A stretch of 64,000 nucleotides of DNA from Pseudomonadota bacterium. GTDB taxonomy: Bacteria > Desulfobacterota > Desulfobacteria > Desulfobacterales > RPRI01. Made by a program: the position numbers and the translations under genes. Each line of letters starts with the position of its first letter. Positions within the stretch are counted from its first letter, which is position 1. Shown here in pieces: positions 49,112 to 57,733 of this stretch. The notes under the pieces were generated by a model that was given only the letters and a program-made list of their open reading frames with translations, was not told the origin of the DNA and did no database searches. Where the stretch lies: the NCBI GenBank assembly GCA_043825875.1, contig JBDRRF010000035.1:1-64000 (forward strand), in the 5' to 3' direction.

Positions 49112-51604
49112 TCATGAATAAATCTCAGTAAGCTTTGCCTTTAAATAGGATTGGTTATCTTTTTTGATATTTGCAGGATTGGGCGGCTTTGCCTTATTCT
49201 CATCCCAGTTGGGATTAAACAACAGATCAAGAACATGAATAGTAGGTTTGTGTTGAGCCAGCGCTTCCCTGCATGTAGCACAATAGGTAAGAATATCATG
49301 CTTTGCTTCTTCTACTCTTTTTTTAGTGATTTTTTGGGCCAGATCAAAAGAAGCAAAAGCTATCATACCTCCCATACCGCAGCAAAGGCCGTTTTCTCCA
49401 TGATGTTCCATTTCGATAATACTGTTTCCTGTTTGAGATACCAGTTTGCGTATATTATTATGAGTATCTTTTTTAAATCTTCCGGCGCAAGGATCATGAA
49501 TTGAAAATACGCCTGTTTTATGCCCATCTGATAAAACAATTCCCTCTTCAGCCAGAACATCATATAATGATCTTATTTTAATTCCTGAGGCATCATGCTG
49601 GCTTATAGTTCTAAGACAGTTGGGACATGCCAGAATAAGCTCTTCTGCTCCCATCCGTTTAATTTCATCCGTAAGATCTTTAATCATATTTTGAAATGAT
49701 GCATGATCTCCTAATGAACGGGTTGGGTTTCCGCAGCATTTTAAAATAATGCCCGTATCTTTATCGTTTGATATAAGCCAGTCATAAGCTGAAATTACAG
49801 ATTGCGGCGAATATGCCGACAGATGGCAACCCGGCATGAAAACCCGGCTGCTTTTTCTTTTGTCAGGATTTGGAATGCTTAACATGAACTCATCTGATCT
49901 TACCCAATCCTGATCTTTTATAACAAGCTTGTGCGTTGGAAGCGGGCCTTTGCCGCACTCAACCAGCTCTTGTTTTGCTTCGTTGCACATTTTTCCGATA
50001 TTAAGTCCTTCGGGACATACTTTTTCACAAAGATCGCAAATATTGCAACAATATGGAATCGCCGGTCTTTTAATAAAAGCGCCATCTTTGTATTTATTAA
50101 CAAGATCTTTGGGACTGTCGCAAAAACGATTTAGAAATTCACAATCCGTCATACAGCTTTTGCATTCACAGACAAGGCATCTTTGAGCCTCTTTAATCGC
50201 AGTTTGCTCATCAAAGCCAAGTTCCACTTCATCAAATCCCAATCGCTTGTCAATAGCTGTTTCCGGCATTTTGGATCTTGGGGTTGGTGTTGCATCTTTT
50301 TTAAAAGTTTCTTTTAAAACTTTATATGTCTTTTGTCTTCCTTCATAAAGATCCTGACCGCTTAGATACCTGTCAATTGAAACGGCTGCTTCTTTACCGG
50401 CAGCAATAGCTTTAATAACAGTAGATGCACCTGAAACAACATCACCTCCGGCAAAAACTCCAGTGGTATTTGTCTGCATTGTAATCTCATCAACTGCCAG
50501 AGTCCCCTGCTTGTTTAGTTCAGGCATTATCGGCAGCTTTGATTTATCTACACTTTGACCAATGGCGATTATCACATTATCTGTATCTAAAACAAACTCT
50601 GACCCTTTAATCGGTATGGGACGGGGTCTGCCGCTATCATCTACTTCTCCCGGTTTCATTTCAAGACACTCAACGCCAATACATTTTCCGTTATTTTCTA
50701 TTATTTTAACAGGAGAAACGTGGAAACGGATATTAACGCCTTCAAGCTCAGCCTCCTTGATTTCAAGCGGATCGGCAGGCATTTCATCGCGGGATCGTCT
50801 GTAAATAATGCTTACATTATCCGCTCCAAGCCTTTTGGCTGCTCTGGCGCTGTCAATAGCAGCATTGCCGCCTCCGACAATTATTACCCGTTTCCCAAGA
50901 TTAATTTTTTCACCATTATTAACAGCTTCCAGAAAATCAAGTGCAGAAAACACACCGCTGCTGTTTACTCCTTGCAATCCGGCATTTACAGAAGTTTTCG
51001 CCCCAACTCCCATAAATACGGCATCATAATTTTCATTGACAAGTAAATTCTCCAGACTGAGAATCGGCTGGCTGGTTTTTATCTCAACTCCCAGTTCTCT
51101 GATGTATTCGATATCATTATCAAGGCAAGTGTCAGGCAATCTGTATGCCGGAATACCATAACGCATAAGCCCGCCTGTTTTCGGCATTGCTTCAAAAATT
51201 GTTACAAAATAACCTTTTCTTATCAAATCGTATGCACAGGAAAGACCTGCCGGTCCGGAACCTATAATTGCAACCTTTTTTTCTTTGGTGATTTTACAGG
51301 GGCTGGCCTTTTCTCTTCCGTTTTGAACTTCATAGTCAGATACAAATCTTTTAAGAGCCCGAATTGCTACAGGTTGATCAATATTATTACGCTCGCATTG
51401 ACTTTCACATGGGTATGTGCAAACTCTTCCGCATACTGCGGGAAAAGGCATGGTTTCTCTGATTACTTCCAGAGATTTATTGAATTCACCTTGTGAGATA
51501 AGGGTTATATATTTTCTTACATCAATATGTGCCGGGCACGCATCCTGACAACGGGGATAAGCATCTCCCCTACAGTTTTCAATTATTTTATCGATCTCTT
51601 TCAT
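49112..51604 (-). CDS. Multidomain FAD/NAD(P)H oxidoreductase: GltD/NfnB-like module + 4Fe-4S dicluster + two CCG domains
   Basis: CQDACPAH, VCGRVCTYPCESQC, IGSGPAG, RYGIP, GGGNAA..YRR, FAGGD, CLVCECKSCMTDC, CNICDLCEKVCP, PGC..CCG..CPNC, HDPC..CCG..CATC. Confidence 0.9.
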   Translation of the reverse strand: MKEIDKIIENCRGDAYPRCQDACPAHIDVRKYITLISQGEFNKSLEVIRETMPFPAVCGRVCTYPCESQCERNNIDQPVAIRALKRFVSDYEVQNGREKASPCKITKEKKVAIIGSGPAGLSCAYDLIRKGYFVTIFEAMPKTGGLMRYGIPAYRLPDTCLDNDIEYIRELGVEIKTSQPILSLENLLVNENYDAVFMGVGAKTSVNAGLQGVNSSGVFSALDFLEAVNNGEKINLGKRVIIVGGGNAAIDSARAAKRLGADNVSIIYRRSRDEMPADPLEIKEAELEGVNIRFHVSPVKIIENNGKCIGVECLEMKPGEVDDSGRPRPIPIKGSEFVLDTDNVIIAIGQSVDKSKLPIMPELNKQGTLAVDEITMQTNTTGVFAGGDVVSGASTVIKAIAAGKEAAVSIDRYLSGQDLYEGRQKTYKVLKETFKKDATPTPRSKMPETAIDKRLGFDEVELGFDEQTAIKEAQRCLVCECKSCMTDCEFLNRFCDSPKDLVNKYKDGAFIKRPAIPYCCNICDLCEKVCPEGLNIGKMCNEAKQELVECGKGPLPTHKLVIKDQDWVRSDEFMLSIPNPDKRKSSRVFMPGCHLSAYSPQSVISAYDWLISNDKDTGIILKCCGNPTRSLGDHASFQNMIKDLTDEIKRMGAEELILACPNCLRTISQHDASGIKIRSLYDVLAEEGIVLSDGHKTGVFSIHDPCAGRFKKDTHNNIRKLVSQTGNSIIEMEHHGENGLCCGMGGMIAFASFDLAQKITKKRVEEAKHDILTYCATCREALAQHKPTIHVLDLLFNPNWDENKAKPPNPANIKKDNQSYLKAKLTEIYS

Positions 51605-52401
51605 GCCACTTCTTCCTGTTTCCGGTTTTTTCCAACATCTACATCAGCTAACAATGCCGCACCCAAAGCTCCAATAATTTGCGGCACCTCAGGCAATACG
51701 ACTTCTTTATCAAGCAATTCCTGAATAAATTTAACAACTCCGCTGTTTTTAGCTACACCTCCTGTAAAAACAATCTTGTCATTATAGCCCACAGATCTTC
51801 CCATTATAATAACCCGCCGTGAAACCGCTTTGTGTAATCCTGCAACCATATCCTCACGATTGGTTCTGTCTGCTCTTAAAGATATAATTTCAGATTCTGC
51901 GAAGATAGTGCATGTGCTGGAGATATTGGACGGACTCACACTCTTAAGTGAGTCAGGCCCCATCTGATCAATTGTAAGATTCAAAACGGAAGCCATAACT
52001 TCTAAAAATCTTCCGGTTCCTGCAGCGCATTTATCATTCATGACAAAACTTTTTACTGTTCCGTTTTCTCTCATACCAATAACTTTGCTGTCCTGGCCTC
52101 CAATGTCAATGATTGTTCGGGCTTCGGGAATTAAAAAGCTGGCTCCTTTGGCATGACAAATAATTTCACTGATGCTTTTATCAGCGAATTTCACACTGTC
52201 TCTGCCATAGCCGGTCGATACAAAACGATCTACATCCTTAAATGTGTACCCGGCTTTTTTAAGTGCTTTTTCCGTTACCTCTTTCGAAGATTCTGTTACA
52301 TAATCTCCTGTGGGGATAACTTCATAAGCCACAAACTCACCATCTTTTAATATGGCTGTTTTAGCTGTAGCAGCCCCGACATCAACACCTACTATTAACA
52401 T
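51601..52401 (-). CDS. ATP-dependent activator of 2-hydroxyacyl-CoA dehydratase (HgdC/HadI/BadFG ASKHA family)
   Basis: GVDVG, TGYGR, EIICHAKG, DIGGQDSK, MNDKCAAGTGRFLE, SSTCTIFAESE, GGVAKN, GALGAA. Confidence 0.95.
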   Translation of the reverse strand: MLIVGVDVGAATAKTAILKDGEFVAYEVIPTGDYVTESSKEVTEKALKKAGYTFKDVDRFVSTGYGRDSVKFADKSISEIICHAKGASFLIPEARTIIDIGGQDSKVIGMRENGTVKSFVMNDKCAAGTGRFLEVMASVLNLTIDQMGPDSLKSVSPSNISSTCTIFAESEIISLRADRTNREDMVAGLHKAVSRRVIIMGRSVGYNDKIVFTGGVAKNSGVVKFIQELLDKEVVLPEVPQIIGALGAALLADVDVGKNRKQEEVA

Positions 52402-52660
52402 GGGTTCTCCTTTTGTGCTGTTTTTATTTCAAACAAATCAGACGATTTATAACATAACGGAGGCTTCCTAAGAATCTGTATCGTATTGAATGTATTTTCT
52501 CATAAATTTTCATTAATGCAAGGTGAGAAAACTATGGGTATAATATGGTGCCTGTCCCCATATATATCCATCTTCAATGTGTTTTAATCGAAGTTTCAAA
52601 AAACCGAAATTTCCAATATTGATCATAGATCATTAACAGCTCTGTTTAATAAAATATAAT

Positions 52661-52677
52661 GTCGGGATTATCCCGAC
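52661..52677. promoter_or_regulatory. Palindrome in the divergent promoter region
   Basis: GTCGGGAT-T-ATCCCGAC, GC-rich in an AT-rich spacer, directly after TATAAT. Confidence 0.5.
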
Positions 52678-52883
52678 TTTTTAACCTCAATTTTCCAATC
52701 TTACTTTTTCCGGCAGTTTGTGTAAAAATCACACTGAAATTTTAGTCTTGGATACTCATTTTTAAAGAAGACGGAAAGCAATCGGCACCGTCTGAGATTG
52801 TAGAATATGTACATTCAATAATAAGCTCATCTGAGCGGATTTGCCGAAAGAACTACAACCAAACTGATAGAAGGAGATAGGAA

Positions 52884-54026
52884 ATGGGAGCGATGGAACG
52901 GCTGAAAGATCATTTGTCGGACAGAGCATCGACATTAAGGAAACTAAAGAAAGACGGTGTCAAAATTGTCGGATACACACCCGGAGGGTTCATGCCTGAA
53001 GAAATTGTCCATGCGGCAGGTGCAATTCCGATTTGTTTGTTAAAAGGCGGCGATGCTGATTCCGTAATCGAAAGTTTAAAGTACAATCCAAGGTTTTTTT
53101 GCACTTTCTGCAAGACCCAGATTGCGTATCTTATGGGCGGCGATCTGGTATATAATCTGCCTGATATTCTCGTTGTTCCACACACAGACTGCAATCACAA
53201 GATAATTGCCGATTCCTGGAACTACTACAGCAAGACGGATGTGTTCCGATATGGGATTCCTCACAATAAAGGAGAATCTGCCCGAACCTATTTTAAAGGA
53301 GGGCTGGAATTGCTGAAGAAAAAGCTTGAAGATCTTACCGGAAACAAAGTTACTGAAGAAAAGCTAGTTGATGAAATACAGATAGGAAACAAAATAAGAA
53401 GTCTTTTTAAAGAAATCAGCTTTGCGCGAAAAACAAACCCGGCTGCAATCAGCAGCAGGGATTTTACAATGCTTCAGCATGCATCCACATTTGCGGACAA
53501 GGATTTTATTCTTCAAACCTTGGAAGCAGTCCGCGATGAAATAAAAGAGAAGCCTACAGCCGACAAAAACCGGAAACGGGTTATGATGATAGCATCTTCT
53601 TTGGCAAACGGCGATAATCTTGTTTTTGATATTATTGAAAATACCGATGCTGATATTGTTTATGAAGAGGTTACGGAAGGATACCGTCCATATCTGGATA
53701 ATGTGGATGTTAACGGAAATGACCCAATACAAAACTTATCCGATATATATTTTGACAAGCGTATACCTGCTCCCTGGGATCGTCCCTGGGGAGACCGCAT
53801 GGAACGGCTTATTGAAAAGGCAAAGGAATTTTCCTGCGGCGGAGTTGTCTGGTATCAGATGATGTACCGTGACGGATTTGATATCCAGGCCCATTATTTT
53901 AGTAAGATGATAGAAGAGCAAGCAGGAATCCCGATGGTCAAGATTGAATCCGATTATGCTCCGGCTGAAAAAGGCCCGGCTCGTACAAGGATTGAGACCT
54001 TGGTTGAAGTAATGAGTGCCAACTAG
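52884..54026 (+). CDS. 2-hydroxyacyl-CoA dehydratase / aryl-CoA reductase family subunit (HgdB/BcrC-like)
   Basis: VGY..PEEIVHAAG, FCTFCK, TDCN, LEDLTGNKVT, GIPMVKIESDY..RTRIET. Confidence 0.85.
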   Translation: MGAMERLKDHLSDRASTLRKLKKDGVKIVGYTPGGFMPEEIVHAAGAIPICLLKGGDADSVIESLKYNPRFFCTFCKTQIAYLMGGDLVYNLPDILVVPHTDCNHKIIADSWNYYSKTDVFRYGIPHNKGESARTYFKGGLELLKKKLEDLTGNKVTEEKLVDEIQIGNKIRSLFKEISFARKTNPAAISSRDFTMLQHASTFADKDFILQTLEAVRDEIKEKPTADKNRKRVMMIASSLANGDNLVFDIIENTDADIVYEEVTEGYRPYLDNVDVNGNDPIQNLSDIYFDKRIPAPWDRPWGDRMERLIEKAKEFSCGGVVWYQMMYRDGFDIQAHYFSKMIEEQAGIPMVKIESDYAPAEKGPARTRIETLVEVMSAN

Positions 54027-54071
54027 AGATTTTAGTTTATCAGATATCAAATCAATATCAGGAGATTTATT

Positions 54072-55481
54072 ATGTATACAAATTTATTCAAACTATGCGG
54101 ATTCAGCGATGAAGAAATCGACGAACAAAAACCAAGGATAGAAAAGACCTTACAAATTATCGGATCAGATACAAAGGAAATGATTGCAAAGGCTGAAAAA
54201 AATGTCCAGGCAAATTTTGATTGCTCTCTTGAAGGCATAAGAATGCTGCTTAAAGTCATGATGAAAGAAGTTATGGATGCTGTCTTGTCTGGTGAAGAAT
54301 ACGAAAAAAGAGTTTATTACAATTGGCCCGGCCTTAGCCCTTTAGCACAGGCTATGATAGTTGCCGGCAGAGGGACAAATGTATACGCATGTCTGGCAAA
54401 ACAATATCTGTGGATGGGACTTGGTAATATCTTTGATACGGTAAATGATCTTCTTGACTTGGGAGAACTTATCGGACAAACCGCAGGAAGAGCACATTGC
54501 CCGGAATACCAAATTTATACAGCCTTGTATGAAAGAAAGATACTTCCTATCCCCACTATAGTTTTGAATTGCGGCTGGTGTTGTGATCAGGGCCCTGAAG
54601 TTGAAGAACTGTGCACAAAGCTATACGGCTATGAGGCTACTTACCTTGATGGAACCAATGACTGGGAATGGGGAAGCTGGCCCAATATGGATAAACGCGC
54701 AATTGAATACAACGCAAGCACAATTAAAGCTTCAATAGCCCGTGTTAAAGAAACAACAGGCCTTGATATTACCGATGATCACATTAAAGCAGCATTGCAG
54801 GAAATAATGCAGATTACAATGGGCTATATGACTCTTATCGGAATGGTGTCAAAGGCTGATCCGCAGCCTATAAGCCAGGCCGATATCGGATTGGTTTTTT
54901 TAATCAAGGGTGCCGGAACACGCTATCCCAAAGATGTAATCAATGGCATTAATATGCTCATTAAGGAAACAAAACAAAAAATTGATGCAGGAGTTGGAGT
55001 AGTGCCCAAAGGTGCTCCAAGGGTATATGTGCAGCTTAGAACACTTGTGGACCAGAAGCCTATGAGAGCCATCGAAGAGCTGGGGCTTGCAATACCGATG
55101 ATGATGGTGGACGGTTACCATCCATATGAAACTCAGCCTACAAATTATCCGAATGATCGATGGATGTCTTTATCCGAGCAGGCATTTCGCAAACCTCAGC
55201 TTAGTTCCGCCGAAGGAAGTCTGCGATACTGGGAATGGTGTGCAAATGATCAGAAAGTAGATGGAGTCATAATGATGTATCCTATATCATGCAGGCCTTT
55301 TTGCAGTCCCACATTTATAGGAAAAGATTATCTGGAAAAAAGCACAGGGCTTCCAACTATTCTGGTTGAAGCGGATGGCTATGATACAAGAAACTACAGC
55401 TCAGGACAGATAAAGACACGAATTGAATCATTTGCCGAAATTTTAAAAGCCAACAAAAAGATAGCTGCCGGAACTCTTTGA
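54072..55481 (+). CDS. 2-hydroxyacyl-CoA dehydratase / aryl-CoA reductase family subunit (HgdA/BcrB-like) with N-terminal extension
   Basis: AHCP, CCDQ, VDGVI..SCRP, GLPTILVEADGYDTR..QIKTRIESFAEIL. Confidence 0.82.
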   Translation: MYTNLFKLCGFSDEEIDEQKPRIEKTLQIIGSDTKEMIAKAEKNVQANFDCSLEGIRMLLKVMMKEVMDAVLSGEEYEKRVYYNWPGLSPLAQAMIVAGRGTNVYACLAKQYLWMGLGNIFDTVNDLLDLGELIGQTAGRAHCPEYQIYTALYERKILPIPTIVLNCGWCCDQGPEVEELCTKLYGYEATYLDGTNDWEWGSWPNMDKRAIEYNASTIKASIARVKETTGLDITDDHIKAALQEIMQITMGYMTLIGMVSKADPQPISQADIGLVFLIKGAGTRYPKDVINGINMLIKETKQKIDAGVGVVPKGAPRVYVQLRTLVDQKPMRAIEELGLAIPMMMVDGYHPYETQPTNYPNDRWMSLSEQAFRKPQLSSAEGSLRYWEWCANDQKVDGVIMMYPISCRPFCSPTFIGKDYLEKSTGLPTILVEADGYDTRNYSSGQIKTRIESFAEILKANKKIAAGTL

Positions 55482-55569
55482 TATGCATAAATCCCAATAG
55501 ATCCAATATGGTTGGATGGTAAATATACCTGTGCATAGAATAACCTATTGCATTACAAGTATATCCTGG

Positions 55570-56622
55570 CTATCGGCAGATCAGGCTCGTTACAACATCA
55601 AATACTTCTTCTGCCGATATATTTTTCATACATGCTGTATTATCACATTCTTTTTTAAGGCATGGGCTGCAATCCATATCGCTTCTTATTACTTTATGTC
55701 CTTTTCCGTAAGGGCCGGTTCGCAACGGTGAAGTAGGTCCGAAAAGCGCAACAACCTTGCATCCCATTGCAGATGCGATATGCATAGGTCCGGTATCAGT
55801 ACAGACAAGAACCGAACATTTCGAATAAAGGTAAGCAAGTTCTTTTAGGCTTGTACGGCCTGCAAAATTTATTGTTCTATCTTTACTGTCCATTTTATTC
55901 ATAATGCCATCGATAACCGGTACATCCTGTTTACTTCCTGTAAATATTATACTACAGGACAAATTCTTTTGCAGCATTGAAGCAAGTTTAGAAAATTTAT
56001 CTTCTTCCCATAATTTTGTTTTCCATTTGGCCATCGGATTAACGGCTATAATATTTTTATTTTCTATTTGTGATCCAAGCAGGTTGTTGATAAGAATTTT
56101 ATCCTGTTCAAAAACAGGAATTTCACCCTTAACGGTATCGGTATTGCAACCAAGATATGATGCTACTTTGAGGTATCGGTCAATTGCATGCTGTTCGTAG
56201 CTGACAGGGACAGGAGGTTCTTTTAAGAAAAATGAAGCTCCTTCCCTTGATCCGCTCATGCCTATTTTCCTTTTTCCCTTTGAAATTGCAGCTAAAACAC
56301 CGCTTCTGAAAAGACCCTGCAAATCAATTACTACATCATATGAAGATAATCTCACATCTTTATAAAATTTAATTATATCAGAAGATGTCTTTATGAATTT
56401 TGAAGGTTTGAAAATATCTTTTTGCCATCTTTTTCTTCCTGATACAATAATTCGGTTAATCGACGGGTGCCCTGTTATTACCTGGGAAGCTTCTTCTTCA
56501 ATCAGCCAGTCTATTTTAGAGGCAGGGTAACATTGTCTTATTGCTTCAAGAAATGGAAGAGCGTGAACAACATCACCTATGGAGCTCAATTTAATTATTA
56601 AAATATTTTTGACATCTGTCAT
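55570..56622 (-). CDS. waaC: LPS heptosyltransferase, GT9 (WaaC-like)
   Basis: IIKLSSIGDVVH, IDLQGL, DTGPMHIA, LFGPT. Confidence 0.8.
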   Translation of the reverse strand: MTDVKNILIIKLSSIGDVVHALPFLEAIRQCYPASKIDWLIEEEASQVITGHPSINRIIVSGRKRWQKDIFKPSKFIKTSSDIIKFYKDVRLSSYDVVIDLQGLFRSGVLAAISKGKRKIGMSGSREGASFFLKEPPVPVSYEQHAIDRYLKVASYLGCNTDTVKGEIPVFEQDKILINNLLGSQIENKNIIAVNPMAKWKTKLWEEDKFSKLASMLQKNLSCSIIFTGSKQDVPVIDGIMNKMDSKDRTINFAGRTSLKELAYLYSKCSVLVCTDTGPMHIASAMGCKVVALFGPTSPLRTGPYGKGHKVIRSDMDCSPCLKKECDNTACMKNISAEEVFDVVTSLICR

Positions 56623-57689
56623 TCGGATATATTTTCACAAGCGGACCTGAATTGTTCCATTTCTTGCCAGACTTGTTCAGGTGTTATGGAAAGCATGCAT
56701 TTGAAATCTGTAGGGCACTCCTGCTTTAAGCATGGTGCGCAATCGATATCATGTTTTACAATTCTTGTTTTTGGGCCTCGCGGGCCGGTAGCTATATGAT
56801 CGGTAGAACCAAAAATCGCAAGAGTTGGAACACCAAGTGCTGCTGCTACATGCATGAGGCCTGAATCATTTGATACAAAAAAATTACACCTGCTGATAAT
56901 TGCTATTGCTTCTTCAAGAGAGGTTATACCGCAAAAGTCTACAGGGGTATGTATCATCAGGTTGCTTACAACGGTACCGATATATTTTTCTTTTTTGCTC
57001 CCAACTATAATTGTTTTTGCACCCCATCTTTGGGCTGCGATATCTCCTATTTCAGCAAAACGTTCCGGAGGCCACTTTTTAGCATTTCCGAAAATTGCTC
57101 CCGGTGCAAAACCAAGCACAAAATCATCATTATTTATACCGTTTTGCTTTAAAATATTATCTGCTCTATTAAAATTGTTTTCTGAAATATAAATAACAGG
57201 ATTACGGCTTTCGGCCTTAAAGCCTAATGCCTTTATAATAGACAGATAATATTCAACCTGATGGACCTTAAATATTTCATTGGTTCTTTTTATCGGATGG
57301 GTCAGCAATATGCCCCGGCCATCCGAATCGAAACCAACTCTGTTTTTTACTCCGCCAAGGTATGCAATTATGGCAGCTTCAAATGCATTTTGAAAAAGAA
57401 TTGCAAGATCAAATTGTTTTTCTTTTATAGATTCAACCAGACTGCGTATTTCAGATATATCTTTTATAAAGCTTTCGTGTTTTTGAAAAACCATAACATC
57501 GCTTATAGCTGGATGATTTTCAAATAAAGGAGCAACCCATGGCCTTGCAATAACAGTAATCTTTGCAGATGGAAAACTCTCAGATACTGCTTCAAGTGCC
57601 GGAAGAGTCATTACGGCATCGCCTACCCAGTTTGTGGCACGAATAAGTATTGTGTTAATACTTGAGCCCTCAAGCGGTTGAAGTTGCAT
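56619..57689 (-). CDS. waaF: LPS heptosyltransferase II
   Basis: ATNWVGDAVMT, APGAIFGNAKKWP, SNDSGLMHVAAA. Confidence 0.92.
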   Translation of the reverse strand: MQLQPLEGSSINTILIRATNWVGDAVMTLPALEAVSESFPSAKITVIARPWVAPLFENHPAISDVMVFQKHESFIKDISEIRSLVESIKEKQFDLAILFQNAFEAAIIAYLGGVKNRVGFDSDGRGILLTHPIKRTNEIFKVHQVEYYLSIIKALGFKAESRNPVIYISENNFNRADNILKQNGINNDDFVLGFAPGAIFGNAKKWPPERFAEIGDIAAQRWGAKTIIVGSKKEKYIGTVVSNLMIHTPVDFCGITSLEEAIAIISRCNFFVSNDSGLMHVAAALGVPTLAIFGSTDHIATGPRGPKTRIVKHDIDCAPCLKQECPTDFKCMLSITPEQVWQEMEQFRSACENISE

Positions 57690-57733
57690 AATTTCTCTTC
57701 CTCCCGGAATTTTGGCTATATTTTCTATCCTTT

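Noticed and set aside
52545..52559. ATGGTGCCTGTCCCC resembling a REP-type repeat unit
   Set aside because: I noticed only one copy in the window and no associated transposase
51601..55481. Calling the block a class I benzoyl-CoA reductase (bcr/bzd) cluster
   Set aside because: Only one activator-type subunit and no dienoyl-CoA hydratase, dehydrogenase or ring-opening hydrolase nearby; only family-level assignment is supportable
41281..55485. TTTGATATG at both ends of the accessory block as a possible attachment-site duplication
   Set aside because: Only 9 bp and AT-rich, with no integrase or tRNA at the junctions; expected by chance
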